Shown in pieces: positions 24,901-38,600 of a DNA stretch of 64,000 bases. This DNA comes from Podarcis liolepis (taxonomy: Eukaryota): assembly GCA_965112155.1 (NCBI GenBank), contig OZ218111.1, one strand, 5' to 3'. The position numbers and the translations under genes are program-made. The number at the start of each line of letters is the position of its first letter. Position 1 is the stretch's first letter. Under the pieces are notes generated by a model. That model was not told where the DNA came from and did no database searches. It saw only the letters and a list, made by a program, of their open reading frames with translations.

Positions 24901-27900
24901 GCGATGGCAGATTGCTGGCCCCCGAGAACAACTCCTAGGGAGGATGCCAGGCTGACCTGCTTCTTCCTCTTCCAAATGGACAGAGGTGAACAAGGAGATC
25001 TGGCTGCTTTAAGCAGCAGGCAGCAAAGCACCATGCCTTCCCCTCACAGGGAAACTGTCCACTTCAACCACAGCAGAGCCCAAGGCAACAGGTTCCTTTG
25101 GGGCTGCAGGACTGCTTTTTTCACAACAGGAACAATGCTTCACCTGAGGTTCTTCCCTAAGGGAGTGAGGTAGTGGGAGGGAAGGACTTGACCCCACCCA
25201 GCAGTGCCAGCACATCCCAAGGGAAAGATGCTCAAGGGCACCTGGGCCACAGGGGAGGGGAAATGGAAGGGTGTGTCAGCCACAGACACATTAAACAAAT
25301 GAAGGTAGAAAAAGATGAGGAGGGGATTAAGAAAGAAAGAAAGAGTGAGATGGCGTGCTCTTAATGGAAGGAAAAGTGAAGCTGGGGAGGTTGCTCTCAC
25401 AGCAGTCACAAGAAAACTGGGTGGGAGTTCAGCCCCCTGCCCAGACACCCCTCAGAACCTGCAGGAAGGGAGGAAGGAGGGGTGAATAGAGGACTTGCTT
25501 TCCAGCTAAAGCACAAGAAAGGCCTGCCCTGTCCAGCTGCAAAACCCAAACTGCAGGGGCCCCACGGAGGAGAACTTACTCTGCTGGTACTGCTGAGCCA
25601 TGCCGTTTGCCACGTCCACCCCGGCCTGCAGCTCCTCCTTCTGCAAGGGCCCAGCTCTGCCGGCCTGAGAGGGAAAAGAGTAGACTTGTCTGCACTGCCT
25701 CCAACATCCCCAGCAGATCCAGAACCTCCCTTTATTTCCTTTCCGCTGACCCCCTTATTCATGACCGGGAACGTGGAGGAGGCAGCAGCAGCATTCTGTG
25801 CAACGCCTCCCACAATTCCCAGCGCTTGGCCAAACATGGAGAGAAGCAGCTGGGCAGTATCTCAAAGCAGAACAAGAAGTTTGCTCTTGGAGAAGAGACC
25901 AAGAATAGGTCAGGCCAACCAGATTAGGAAGCCAGTGGCCAATGCTGAACAAAAACTTAATAGTTGCTCAGGGCCACCATGTATTCACGGGGTCTGTGTT
26001 GTTGGTCCTTAAGACATCCTGGGTGCCAAATGCACACCAGCGGAAGGAGCTCCTTGTGAGCCAGGCGTCAGGACCACCCACCCGCTGGCTCCCCTACCTC
26101 CAGCTTCTGCTGCTTGTCCCTCAGAAGCTGCTTCAGGTACCAGTCGCTATTCTCCGGCCGCAGCCCCCGGAGACCCAAGGCTGCCGATGACAGGACAGCG
26201 TACAATGCGGCAGCGTCTCCTTGGTCCAGAATCAGGTCGATCTTGGACAAGGCCGAGTGGGCTGAGGAGAGAGAGAAAGAGAAGGAAAGCTAGAGGGAGC
26301 TGGCCTTGCGTAGGCCTCCTCAGGAGGGCTTCTTCACCTCCACCACCCCATGCAGAACCCCAAATGCTCCCCATGCCTGAGATGTCCCAGAGCACAACAG
26401 AAGGTTCTAGAAGCCAGTGGGGGAGGGAGTGGCAATATGGACAGAGGATGGTCTCTCCTGGCACTTTGCCTCCCCCATCCTGCTGCTGGCTCCCAGCTAA
26501 GTCTCTAGTTCAGCATCTCAGGCACATTCATGAGGCAAATGGAGCCCACATAGAAGGATGGTGTTGGAGCATAGTTTTTGGGGAGGGGTGTAGTATTTTT
26601 TTGGGTGGGCATCCAGAGATGGGATTTTCTGCTTCCTAAAGGAGCTTCTTGAGCAAAGAGTGTCTCATAAAGAAGCCAGGAGTGCTAGGATGGGGCTGAT
26701 GGGCTTACTGTTGACTTTGTTGACGTTGCCCTGGATCTCTGCTTGAGTCAGCAGCTCTTCATACACGTCCCTTTCCCTTTCCATATCCTCAGAGGCAATC
26801 TGAAGGAAGAAGGGAGAAAACAGCAGTCAGGACAGGAGCACCTCCTTAGAGCTGCCTGGGGGGCGGGGCGGCAAAAGCTTCCCAAGCTGGGAGGTGCTGG
26901 CATAGGGCTAAATGGGCTGGCGGATGCACTAGACCCACGTGGAGACACTGCTGCAAGGGCCTCTAGGCCTTCCTCCCCACTGCCCAAAAGCAGGAAGGTG
27001 CTTGGAGACTCAACACCGAGTTCCTGCAATGAAAGGGAACATTCCCTGTCCCCCCCCCCCAATCCTCCTCCCGGACCAAGCAGCGCTGCCAGAGGCACAT
27101 TCCCAAACAACTAGCAAGAAATGACTGAAGCATCTTGTGCAAGACACGTGGCTGCAAGGCAATGCCAGCTTTCAGAGCTGCATCCCAACGCTGCAAACGT
27201 GTATTCAATCAATTTACTGCAGTGTCAGGGAGCATTTCTAAACTGAAGGGAGCATTCCTATCTGGGCAATCTTCCAGAGGCCACATACCAGCAGCGCACA
27301 GGGCCAGAGGCAAAAGTGGGTGGAGCAACTGATGCAAATTTCACCTCTGCACAGTTCACAGTAGGCTAGTTACTACACAAACCTAGAATTTGCATTGCCA
27401 GACATCAAGTGCACATCCTACCACACAAAAACACTCAAGGAGAGTAAACTGGACTGGGGAGGCATGTGGCTTAGGGGGGGGGTGGCCTGGGGAGAGTAAC
27501 AATTTAATCACACTTTCCTTACTGCTTTGAGCTTTATAGGAAAAGCTGTGTGTTAACTATCACAGTCTGGTTTGCAGACAGACAGACAGAAAGAAATTCA
27601 GCTTAGGTCACTTTCCTGCCAAGTTCCATGCAAGTCCCGATTCCTAGGCAAAGAGACTTTTCCCATTTTAATTCAAAAGCATAATGTGGCATGTGCATTG
27701 GCAGGTTCTGGCACTGCGCTCATTCAAGCACATGCCCTGGAGAGGTGCGAGAGAAGAGCAGGGCACGGCAAGCCTTTCCTCCCCACAAGACAGAGCTATC
27801 ACCTTGTGGCAAGCCTGCTCTACCCTGAGGCAGCTGTGGGTCGAAGCCATCAAAGCAATCTCTCCAGCTGCAGGTCTAAGCACTTCCACAATACGGAGCA

Positions 27901-30900
27901 GAAAGTGCCACGTGCAAACCTCATAGAGGTTTGGGTCATTCGGCGGTATACAAAATAAACTCTACCTTGTTCCGTGCATTTTCTGTCTTGTCCCGCTTCG
28001 CCTGGTACAGGGTGCTCTGGTAGGTGGGCGCGAGGGGCTCTTCCAGATTCACCAACATGGCATTGGGGTTCCTCATTGCCGCAAACGTTTCAACAGGAAT
28101 CTGGCGGTCGATGGCGTCGTTGATTGCAATCACAGCCGCGTGCACTGGAGGGAACACCAGGCACAGGCTCTGCTCAGTCACAGTCCTGGAGATGGCTCAA
28201 TGAGCAACCCAACCCCACAAGCCCAAGCCCCTTCCTTTTCTTGGGAGGAGAACGTGGGCACTTGGGCAGAGAACAGGAGCTCTGGCAGCACAACACTGGC
28301 AAGCACCCGTGGCTGCAAAACAGGTGCTCATCTCAGAAGGCAACCTCCAGGCCCTGCGTGATATAAAATCTCTGCCACTTTTACAGACTGAATCCCTTCC
28401 ATCATATTTAATTCTTCCAATAGATTATGTCTCCATGGCAATGCTCTATCTCATGCGACCAACCCGAAAAGGGTGAAACCCATTTCCCCTTACGTGCTGC
28501 TTCATCCACAGAGAGCTCGTTGGCCAAAATCCCACCAATCTTTCCAAAGGCAGGCATCTGAATCCCATACTTCTCCAGCTCGAGCCTCATGTTGCTGATT
28601 TCCTCCTCTGGAATAGCACAATGGAAAAGGACCAGCAGGTGAGCCCCAGGATATGCCCATATGCCCTTTTGAAAACACCTGGTAAAGGCAGGCAGCCAGC
28701 CAGCCAAGGGTTCAACAAAAAGGCAGCCAGTTATTTCCCCATCTCCTTCCCCCCTGCCATCCACAAATCCCAGTGACAGGTCCAGCCACTGGTGGAGGAG
28801 ATAGCACCTGGGAAGGCCCCTACTCAAGAAGGCAAGGCCTGGTCCAAGTCTGGGGTTTGATCTTTAGCAGAAAGCAAAGGGAGGCTCTGCTGTCCAACCC
28901 AACAGTCAGACGGTGCCCTTTCTAAAAACAAAAACTCGAGCTACTTCCTCCATGACCGACTCAAGGACAGGAAGGCAGGAGCTCCCCTCACCTGTGAAGT
29001 CCACTTTGCCATACAGGTCTTGAATCTGCGGGGCCAATCCCAACTTGAACAGGTACAAACTGAGGGAAAATAAAGGACGATCAGGCAGTGGGGTGAGGGG
29101 GTTGGTTTGGTTTGTTCTTTCTCTTGCTTCTATTATGCATTTTGAGTTTTTGTACTGCTTTTATGCTATGAACCTCCTGAGATCTTCAGATGAAGGGTGG
29201 AATACAAATTCAATAAATAATAAAATAATAATAATAACCCCTGGGGGAGATTAAAGGAGAAGCCACAGAAATGCTGTTTGAAGGAAATTTTTGGGATCTC
29301 TTCCTCTTACGACTTTTAGATTCAAGTTGCCTCTTGCCCTTAAGTCTTCTGCACATAGAAGATCTCCCCCTGCCAGAACAGGGCAAATTAGAAGCAGGGA
29401 GACTCCCTAAATTCCCAAGAATAAATAGCTTCTCACCGTGACAGAAACGGGGGGGGGGGATTGTTCTGTAGGGGGCAGGATTAATCACCCATCCATGCTG
29501 ATGTTAGCACAACCGATTCAGGACCGAGGCAGAAAAAGTTTAATTTCTTTTCTGGCCACCCTAGAAACTAATACTGTATACTGTTAGCGTTAGCATGTTC
29601 AGTTTTCCAGGCAGGAACTATGGGTGCATGGTTTAATTTTTGATAGAATCAACAAACATAATGTAAACCCAGATGGGGTTTAAGTAGGCAGTTGAAAAGA
29701 ATGCATTTCCTTGCCAACAAAGCAAGGAAAGTGAGAATTGACTGATTCTGCTGGGAAGCAGACTGTTGGTGCCTGTTACCTTTCTAAGAGACAGAGAGAA
29801 AGAGAAAGGGGCAGACAGGCAAGGATGTTTCTTCCAGCCTCAAAACATCATGTGTTGTATCGCCTCACCTGCGCCCCTCTGTGTGATTACCTGAGTGCGT
29901 GAATGCAGTAGATGCAGCGTGGCATGTTCTTCCGGTCATAGATGTCTGTTGTTTCTGGGTAAAAAATCTGAATGCAAAGAGAAAAAGGCTCACTGATTCC
30001 TCCACATGCTTGGCAGAGCAAAACAGAGCTCACTCCACTGTGCCCACAAGCTCAGTCCTTTTGTGGGGAGAGGGGAACAGGGAGAAGAGAGGGGGCACTC
30101 TGCAGCAAGGAAGAGTTGGCAGGAGGGAGAAACATGACGACTATGCCAAGAACCTGGAGTGAAGATGTAAAGTGGTTTGGAGTGCTCCACTCTTGGTTCC
30201 CATGTGCCTATTTCTTCTGCCAACACCCCACCCCCCACCTTCAAAGACTCCTTCTGTTCCCAGTCCAGGCAAAGTTACCTTGGGGAGGCCAATCTCTGCC
30301 ATTGCATTCAGCCACTGAATCACGTTGTCTGTATGCCGGAAGTGGAGGCCCGTAGCCTGAAACGCAGAGGAAAAAGCGGGAGATGTGAAGGAAGGTGCAG
30401 TGTAAGTTTCTTTAAAACTGCTTTTGGTATTGTGTTTTAGTATTGTAACCTGCCCTGAGACCTTAGGGTGAAGGGCAGGTAATAAGTAAATAAATAAAAC
30501 AACGGAGAAGCATCATGCACGCAGGCAGACTGTGTTCAGGTGGATCAGCCCCCTTCACCCCAGAAGCCAGGGATTTGGGGTGGGGGTGGGTGTCGTGTTG
30601 ACACATTTCTGTGCAAAAGCTGCCGCCTGAGCCTCACCGTAGCTGCAAGGGCCTTCAGAAAGCATCCCATACTCTAAGGAAGACATTCTGTGATCAACAA
30701 ACGAAACTGAGACTATTTGCATACTTTCTTATTGCTAGTGAAAAGCCATGCACCAATTTTTAGGAAATGAAATAAAAATTGGGGCACACCAACTGTGACA
30801 CATCTTCTCATATATCCTGCTCTGGGCTTTCCAGCAGCTGCAGTTGGGCCGATTGCTTATTTCTGCCCCCGCGAGATGCCTCATTACAGAAGAAAAATGC

Positions 30901-31995
30901 TTGCCTACCTTATACCTGGTCTGCTCCCGGTCGTAGATCTTCTTGAGAGACACCACTTTGGGGGAGAAAAAGTTTCCAAGCTTGGCCAGGTAGACCCCGT
31001 TCCTGAGCCCCTCCTCCAGCTCCGTTGTGGGGGGCAACTCTTCATTGAGGCAGGCCTCCATCCACCTGCAAGCGGGAGGTGTGGGGGAGAAGGACGTGAG
31101 TTGGGAAAGAGACCACCCAGTTCTAGCTTTTTATTCTTTATGCTTGCTTGCATGCCTGCCTTTCAAGAATTAACTACCAAGGATGGCTCATAAGGAATTA
31201 ATAAGATCAGCTGCGGTGGGGAAGGGCTGTGGAACTGCATTCCTGACCCCACTTGGGAGTCCAGCCCAGAAACACCCTCATCCAAGAGCATCTGGACCTG
31301 CACACAGACAAAGCACCTGCTTGAGCACCTGGCCCAGAAAGGAACTCTCTCTCCTGCAGAGGCTTCCTTGGTCAGTCACCTGCCACTGCCGGTTCTCACA
31401 AGGAGGCACCGCCATTAATAATGGTCTCTTGGGCCTTCTAGCCAAGTGGTCCCCTCCAGCTACCTGTTATATGTAAAGATGGCCAAGAATCAAGCTGGCA
31501 GGCACCAAGGCTAAGGCTGGCCGATATCTGGTTTTCAACATTGTGATATACCACCAGTTAAACATTGTGATATACCAATATATAACGATGTCTGAAATAA
31601 AGATGGAACTATGTAGAGGTGAACAGTAGGGCTGGGTGATATCTGGTTTTCAACTTTGTGATATACCACCAGCTAAACATCTCAATATTCTGATATATCA
31701 CAATGACTGAAATACGGATGGAGATATATAGATGCACTGGTTGGCTTCACAGTTTTTCCCATGTTGTGATTTTTGCATAACACACACACACAACATATTG
31801 AATCCAGGTCAAAAACTAGGAAAACAATATAATATCATGATATGGACTTCAAACCAGTTTTGAACAATATATCGCCTAGCCCTAGCCAAGGCAAACTCCT
31901 TTGAGAACATTGTCCACCACCTTGGGTTTCAACAGCTGAACAGCATCCCACAGAGCATAAGCAGAGGTGACCCTCAGCCTCTTTGCCCAGTGACT

Positions 31996-32030
<35 letters not shown>

Positions 32031-34170
32031 CTCCTCGCAGGGGTGTTGGTTGTACAGTATGTTTCAGTCGCTGCACTGGCTTCCCTCAAGCTGTCATAGT
32101 GAAGACAATCCAGCTAGCTTCAGGTTCTGCCCCCTCAATTCCAAAAGGACCGAGAAAAGACCTTCCAGGCAGAGCTGCTTTGGCAACAACTTCCTTCCGA
32201 CTACAGAATACTAAACAGCAAAGGGTGACTCAGGAAGCAGCAGGATTACCGCATCTGCAGGGGGTGACTTTGGCTGAACCAGCGACAACTGGTCCCATCC
32301 TTTTTCTCCCAGAAACCACAGCTCTGCACTTCCTCCTCTGCTGGGTGCTTTTCTCCTTCACCCCCCTTCCTGTTTATTGCCAGGGAAGGCAGCTGCCCAA
32401 CCCCTCCCTCTCTTCACGGCCTGCTCCAGCCGGGTCTGAGGCAACATCGAAAGAAGAAATGTAAGTCAAGGGCCATCTATGGGCTACAAAAACAAGCCAC
32501 AAGGCATCCTCCAAGATGGTGGGGCAGGTGGGCACAGGTGCTTTCTGCATGGGTAAAATGATGCCAGAAGAGGGGGTGCAACTGTGCCCCTTCCTGTCTC
32601 CTATAGAGCAATGAGTCTAAGCCACAAGGAAGTCTCTTGCAGGGGAATGAAGGGCCCCGGCTGCCTTTGTAATAGCCAATCTCTGGCTTCTGCAGGGGGG
32701 GCTGTGGCCTCCCTGAACCATCCATGCTGGATCCCCACTAGCAGCTGCCTGGGGGAGCCGCAGGAGCTCAGGTACCCTCAGCTCCTTCTCAGCCCTAACG
32801 TGGGGAAAGTTTTGGAACGTTGATGAGGACCCCAGCAGAGGCATCTCTTCCCCAGGCCAACTGTGGAGTGGAAGCCCTGGGGGACCCACAGCCCTCCCTG
32901 CCTCCCTCCCTCTGGGCCAGGGCTCTGCTTCCCTACCTGCATGTGCCCGTGGGGGGACAGGGGCACTTGCCTCCTACCGTCAACTCCTCAGGCTGGGTGG
33001 CGGGGGGGGGGAATAAACCAGCCATTGAAGCCTCTGACAAATAAGTCTACAACGCTCAGGAAGGGAGGAGGGAAGAGAGGCAGAACCCAACATACCCAAA
33101 CACGCCAGCCAGACATGTTTCACCATGAAAGGAGGAGGAGAGCCCTCCAAAGCTTGCAGCTGGACAGACAATTTGGGGGTGGGGCACTGCAGGGAACTGG
33201 AAGAAGCAGCCCAGGAAGTGCAGGTGGCAGATGTGGGGTGGGGGGTTGATTGAGCAGGCTCCGGAAGGGCTGGCACACTCTTGCAAACCTTTGAGAACAA
33301 CTATTTTTAGGAGCCTCCAGAAAGGCCCTTTCCCCACTTTCCGAGCCAGAGGCTCGTGGGCTGTCCTGGCTGGCTCCAGCTCTCCAATGCCCTCTGAGCC
33401 AGGCAGCCACCAAAAGCCTCTGGGAGGAAAAGGAGCAGAAAGGAAAGTGTGGCTGGAAGGCCTGCTGTTCCACCCCGACAGTCCCATGAGCTCCGAAAGT
33501 GGGGCAGCTACTGCCACACCCCTTCCTCTGTTGCACAGGTCTTTCCTTTCAGTTAGCTTTGGGGGGGGGGCACGGGGAGCGGAAGGCTGCCTCTAAAAAA
33601 CACCTCTGGAAAGGGTGCATCTGTGCGAGAGAAACTGCCTTGTCTAGACTCACACGGAGAAACAGCTAGGAAAAGGAATCCAGCCCACCCGGAGGCAGTC
33701 CTGAAACGGAAAGTTATTTTCCAAGGACGAAGCAACATTTCACAGAAACTCTGGCCAAATCCTCAGATTGCTCAGTTCCAACCTCTTCCTCCTACACCCA
33801 CCGAAAGAAACTTTCCAGTGAGCGGCTCAGGCAGGCAGGCAGGCAGGCACTGCTACCAAATTTAAAGCATGACATCATCCCAGGCCACACCCAGGCCTGC
33901 TGTGGCTGCTGTGGCATTGAATGTGCTGGCAGAGTTAGGCCAAGCAACGCAGCTGGGCTCTGGGAAAGACCAGCGCTCAGGCAAGATGTTTTCTGTTCTT
34001 AACACTGCAGGGGAAAAGGGCCCACTCTGAGGAAACACCCCCATTTTCATGCACCCCAGCTAGGACAAACAGGTGCTCTGGGCAGCCCCAGCCCCACCCG
34101 GAAAACCCCTCCCCATTTCAGCCACCAGTCTCTGGTGCAGGATGCCAACAGCACCTGTTGAGAAGGTGGC

Positions 34171-34213
<43 letters not shown>

Positions 34214-35599
34214 TTATTATTTATACCCCGCCCATCTGGCTGGGCTTCCCCAGCCACCCTGGGTGGCTTCCAACCAAATATTAAAATACAGTAATACATC
34301 AAACATTAAAAGCTTCCCTAAACAGGGCTGCCTTAGAAGGCTAAGCCTTCCTGAACTCTCAGGAGAGCCTCATGCACTGCTTCCTCCCTCTGCCTCCAAG
34401 GAGGCAGCAAGAGAAGGGTGCTCTCTGGGCAAACAGCGGCCCTGCCAAGGGGAGCCGGGCAGGAGGGACTCTCAAAGGGAAGCAAAGGACTCTCTGAGGC
34501 AGAAGAGGAGGTCAGATGCTGGGGGGGGGCACATCCCCCAAGCTCTCTCATCAGACGGGACGGCCGAATGGGACAAAGCTGTGGGCAGCCATCCATCTTG
34601 GGCCTGCCCATCACCCATGTTTATAATGGCAAACAGCCAGCATACTAAAACCAGAATTTCTGCATATAGCCTGCCCATAAAAAGCAAGTTTAGAGTGAGA
34701 GACTAGGGTTCACTGTTTCCAGGAACCCTTCTCGTTGTGAGAATTTTGTGGGTGAGCTGAGAGTTTGTTTGGATGCTGAAGGCAGAGAAGGAGGATGTGT
34801 CAGAAGGAAAATGAATTGATATTGATTTATTCATATATTATAAACTTTGCATTAATATGTTTTTACATGTAACTGTGTATTTTTTGTAATATTTTGTTTA
34901 AGTTGACTGTAGTTGCTTCAGTTTTCTGTACACAGCTTAGAGATACTTTTAATATATCATATTTAATATGTTATCATAATATAAATAATCTAAAAAGAGC
35001 CTGATGACACCAAGTGCAGAAAAAGAACCTGTCAGCAGCACCAGGAGGAGAATTCCCATTTCTACAGGCAGCTGAGCTGTAAAAAAGGTAAAGTAAAAGA
35101 CCCCTGGATGGTTAAGTCCAGTCAAAGACGACTATGGGGTTAGAGAGCTCATCTCGCTTTCAGGCCGAGGGAGCTGGCATTTGTCCACAGACAGCTTTCC
35201 AGGTCATGTGGCCAGCATGACTAAGCCACTTCTGGTGCAACGGAACACAGTGACAGAAACCAGAACACTCCGAAACGCCGTTTACCTTCCCGCCACAGCA
35301 GTACTTATTTATCTACTTGCATTGGCATGCTTTCGAACTGCTAGGTTGGCAGGAGCTGGGAGCAAAGCTACAGGGAACCAGGCAGAGGGCCTTCTCGGTA
35401 GTGGTGCCCGCCCTGTGGAATGCCCTCCCATCGGTTGTCAAAGCGATAAACAACTACCTGACATTCAGAAGACATCTTAAGGCACCCCTGTTCAGAGAAG
35501 TTTTTAATGTGTGACATTTTAGTGTATTTTTGGTCTCTGTGGAAGCCACCCAGAGTGGCTGGGGAAACCCAGCCAGATGGGCGGGGTACAAATAATAAA

Positions 35600-35668
<69 letters not shown>

Positions 35669-38600
35669 TGTTGTTGTTGTGCCACTGAAATTCACAGCCC
35701 TATGTTAGCTGTGCCCATTAATTTCAACGAGCATACTCAGAGGAAGACTAGCACGGGGCACAACCCTTGATCTACAGATTGAAGGCAAGGCATCCGCAAC
35801 GGTAATCAAGGCCCATCATATAATCAAAACCAACAAATCCAGAAAACTCTGTCAGCACAGCAGGGACAAAATGGGAGTGGGAAGGAGTTTCCTCTGAAGG
35901 GCAAGAAGAACAAAGCAAACCCGTCCGACTTGTTTGGCCTCCCCTGAAGGGCCCTCCCCATGCGGGAAAACTAGGTGCAGGAAGGAGGAGCGCCAGGTAG
36001 TTCTGGGAGATGTTCCAGCCACCTTCATCAGCTGCAAGGAGGAGGCAGCCTCCATCCCCCTGCCCTGAGGCCGCTGCCCGGGGGGGGGGGAGGAGGGAGG
36101 GGTCAAGCAGCCTCAGCCTTAGAGAGCAGCTACTGCAGCCCCATCCTTTGGGGAGGCAACTGACCTCCTAAAAAAACCCTGCCAGCCAGGTGGGCTGCCC
36201 TTCTACTTCCTTCTCTCTACAGCGCCTGCCATGGATCATGACCCCTGCCTCTCTTTGACACCTTCAGCCCTCCATTACTGCCTTGGACCTTGACCTCCTC
36301 TGGCCTCTCACTCCTCCGGCGCTTGACCTCCACCAGCCCATCTGCTTGTGGGTGACTGGCCAGGTCTGTTGCCCTCCCAGGCCCCCATCCAGGGCAATGG
36401 GAGCTGGAGTCTGACAACAGCTAGAGGGGCCCTGAGGCCCCCAAAAGATCAACACTTCTCTGCCCAGATCTCCCCCCAAGAGGTCCTTTGTCTTGGGACT
36501 CCAGACACAAGCACACCACTGGGCCAGCCCTGAAGTGAAGGCAACCATAGGCCCGAGTCCAGAGCTGCGCCTCTCATCTGGAAGCTTCCTCAGCTGAGGC
36601 TTCCTAGTGCTTTTTGCGTATCATTCCATTTTCCCAACATGTATTCAAAGCAGCATGCAATGGAAAAAATAAACCACAGCCATAAAACCAGAGACACGTG
36701 AGATTCAAAGCAGCTCTCAGCCGTTCAAGGGAGCAAAGTCCTCCCCTCCAGCACAATCCCAAATATCTTGCCCTGAAGACCACAGCACCCAGCTTCTCAA
36801 AATGCATGGCGGGGTCTCTCCCTCAGCACAGCAGCAGAACCCACCACCTGGTTCTTGGGCCCCAGGGCCATTATGACCGCTTGGCAGCTGCAGTGATCTG
36901 TGCAGAGCGGTAGCAGCAGGCAGCAATATCTTCTCCTTGCCCAAGCCCTCTTCCAAGGTCATCTTCCAATTCACAGTGGGCCACAATGAGTCCACCTCCC
37001 TTCTCCAACCTGACACTGCAAAGAACCTCCAGTGTCACAAGCGGAAAACAGTCAAGCAGAGGAGCAGGGTCATAGAGCAGAAAGCAGCAGAGTGCCATCT
37101 GGGTGAGAACTATAGGCTGGAAACGTTTCGTTTTAAACCACTACTAAATTTTTGTTACAGCTGGGTTCTTTTAAGTCATGTTTATGCAGTATTTTATCAG
37201 TATTTTGTGCCTCAGCTGGAGAGCTGTCCCGCTGTCCCGCCAGGAAGCTGAGCTTGACTGGGCAGGCAACCAAAGAGCCCACCTCTGACTGCAGCCAACC
37301 CTGTCAATACAGTGGTATCTCAGGTTAAGTATTTAATTAGTTCCGGAGGTCCGTACTTAACCTGAAACTGTTCTTAACCTGAAGCACCACTTTAGCTAAT
37401 GGGGCCTCCTGCTGCCACCGCACCACCAGAGCACAATTTCTGTTCTCATCCTGAAGCAAAGTTCTTAATCTGAAACACTATTTCTGGGTTAGCGGAGTCT
37501 GTAACCTGAAGCGTATGTAACCTGAGGTACCACTGTATTTGTTTTCAACAAGAAAGGTGGGGGGACTGGCCTAAGGCATTATGCCATTACACAGAGCCAT
37601 CATGGCCAGGGACTTTGGTGACCAAGGGCACTCCAAGGGCCACAACAGGTTCTTACCCCGACATAAATAATTTTTTCAGAGGAGGTGGAACACCAACAGG
37701 CTTTGCGGTTACCGAGAACTCTGGGTGGACCAGAGCTGGGGTAGGGGAGAAGAGAGAGGGGCAAGGACTCCAAAGGCCAAATGAGCCACTGCTCACCAGG
37801 CCCTGAAGAAGCCCAGAACCAAAGCAGAGCCTGAAACTGAACCCAGCGGTGGGAGGAAGGTGACAGTCTCCTACCTAGAAGACATGGTGCAAACCCTGCT
37901 GCGAGTGGCTCTCTTGTGCAAGACGCATGTCGGGGGGGAAACGTTACTTCCTCTTCCAAGAGGTGTTTTGTCCTCACTCGGTACTCACAAAGGGGCCTTC
38001 ATGGGCTGTGCTTGAAAGAAAGCCAGGATCTCTGCCCTGAAGGCCTCAAGGTCTAGTTCCCACACCACAGGGCCTGTTCAGGCAAGCAGCGAGTGCTTTG
38101 TTCCAAAGGCTGACTGAGGGTCAGTGGTTGCAACACCAGGCCAGCGCTCAAGCAGCTGGGAGTGGGGAATTGGGAGATCCCTTTTCTGCGTCAATGTGGC
38201 CTGAATCCTCCTGACACACTTGGCTCGCCCACACTGGTGCGCACGGCCAGCCTTCACACAGCAAGTCAAAGTGCGAGGAGAAAGAGAAGACAACACCCTC
38301 CTTCGGCAGCTGAAGAAAAGGATCAGCCTGGGCACGCTGCTGCTGCTGCTTCAGAATCTCCAACGGCACATCTGGGAGGATCCTTGCCAGGTGTGTGGAG
38401 CCCCATTGTTGTCAGCTGCCAAAACGCAGGATCCTCCCCCACCGATAACAAGCCCAGGCACCTGCTGAAAACTCCCGACTGTCAAGCATCTACAAGTCCC
38501 TAGCAAGTAACTTGGAGGGCATAAGACTGCAAAGCCTCCCAGGATCCCCCAGGCACGCAGGGCTGGGGCTCAGAGCTGGAAAAATGGCTAAGGACCAGCA

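Noticed and set aside
31835-32214. Poly-Gln, poly-Ala and poly-Leu ORFs
   Set aside because: Intronic (AGC)n microsatellite with no supporting exon structure.
34060-35770. ORFs with poly-Ile, poly-Asn or poly-Leu runs
   Set aside because: Translations of (TAT)n/(AAT)n LINE tails.
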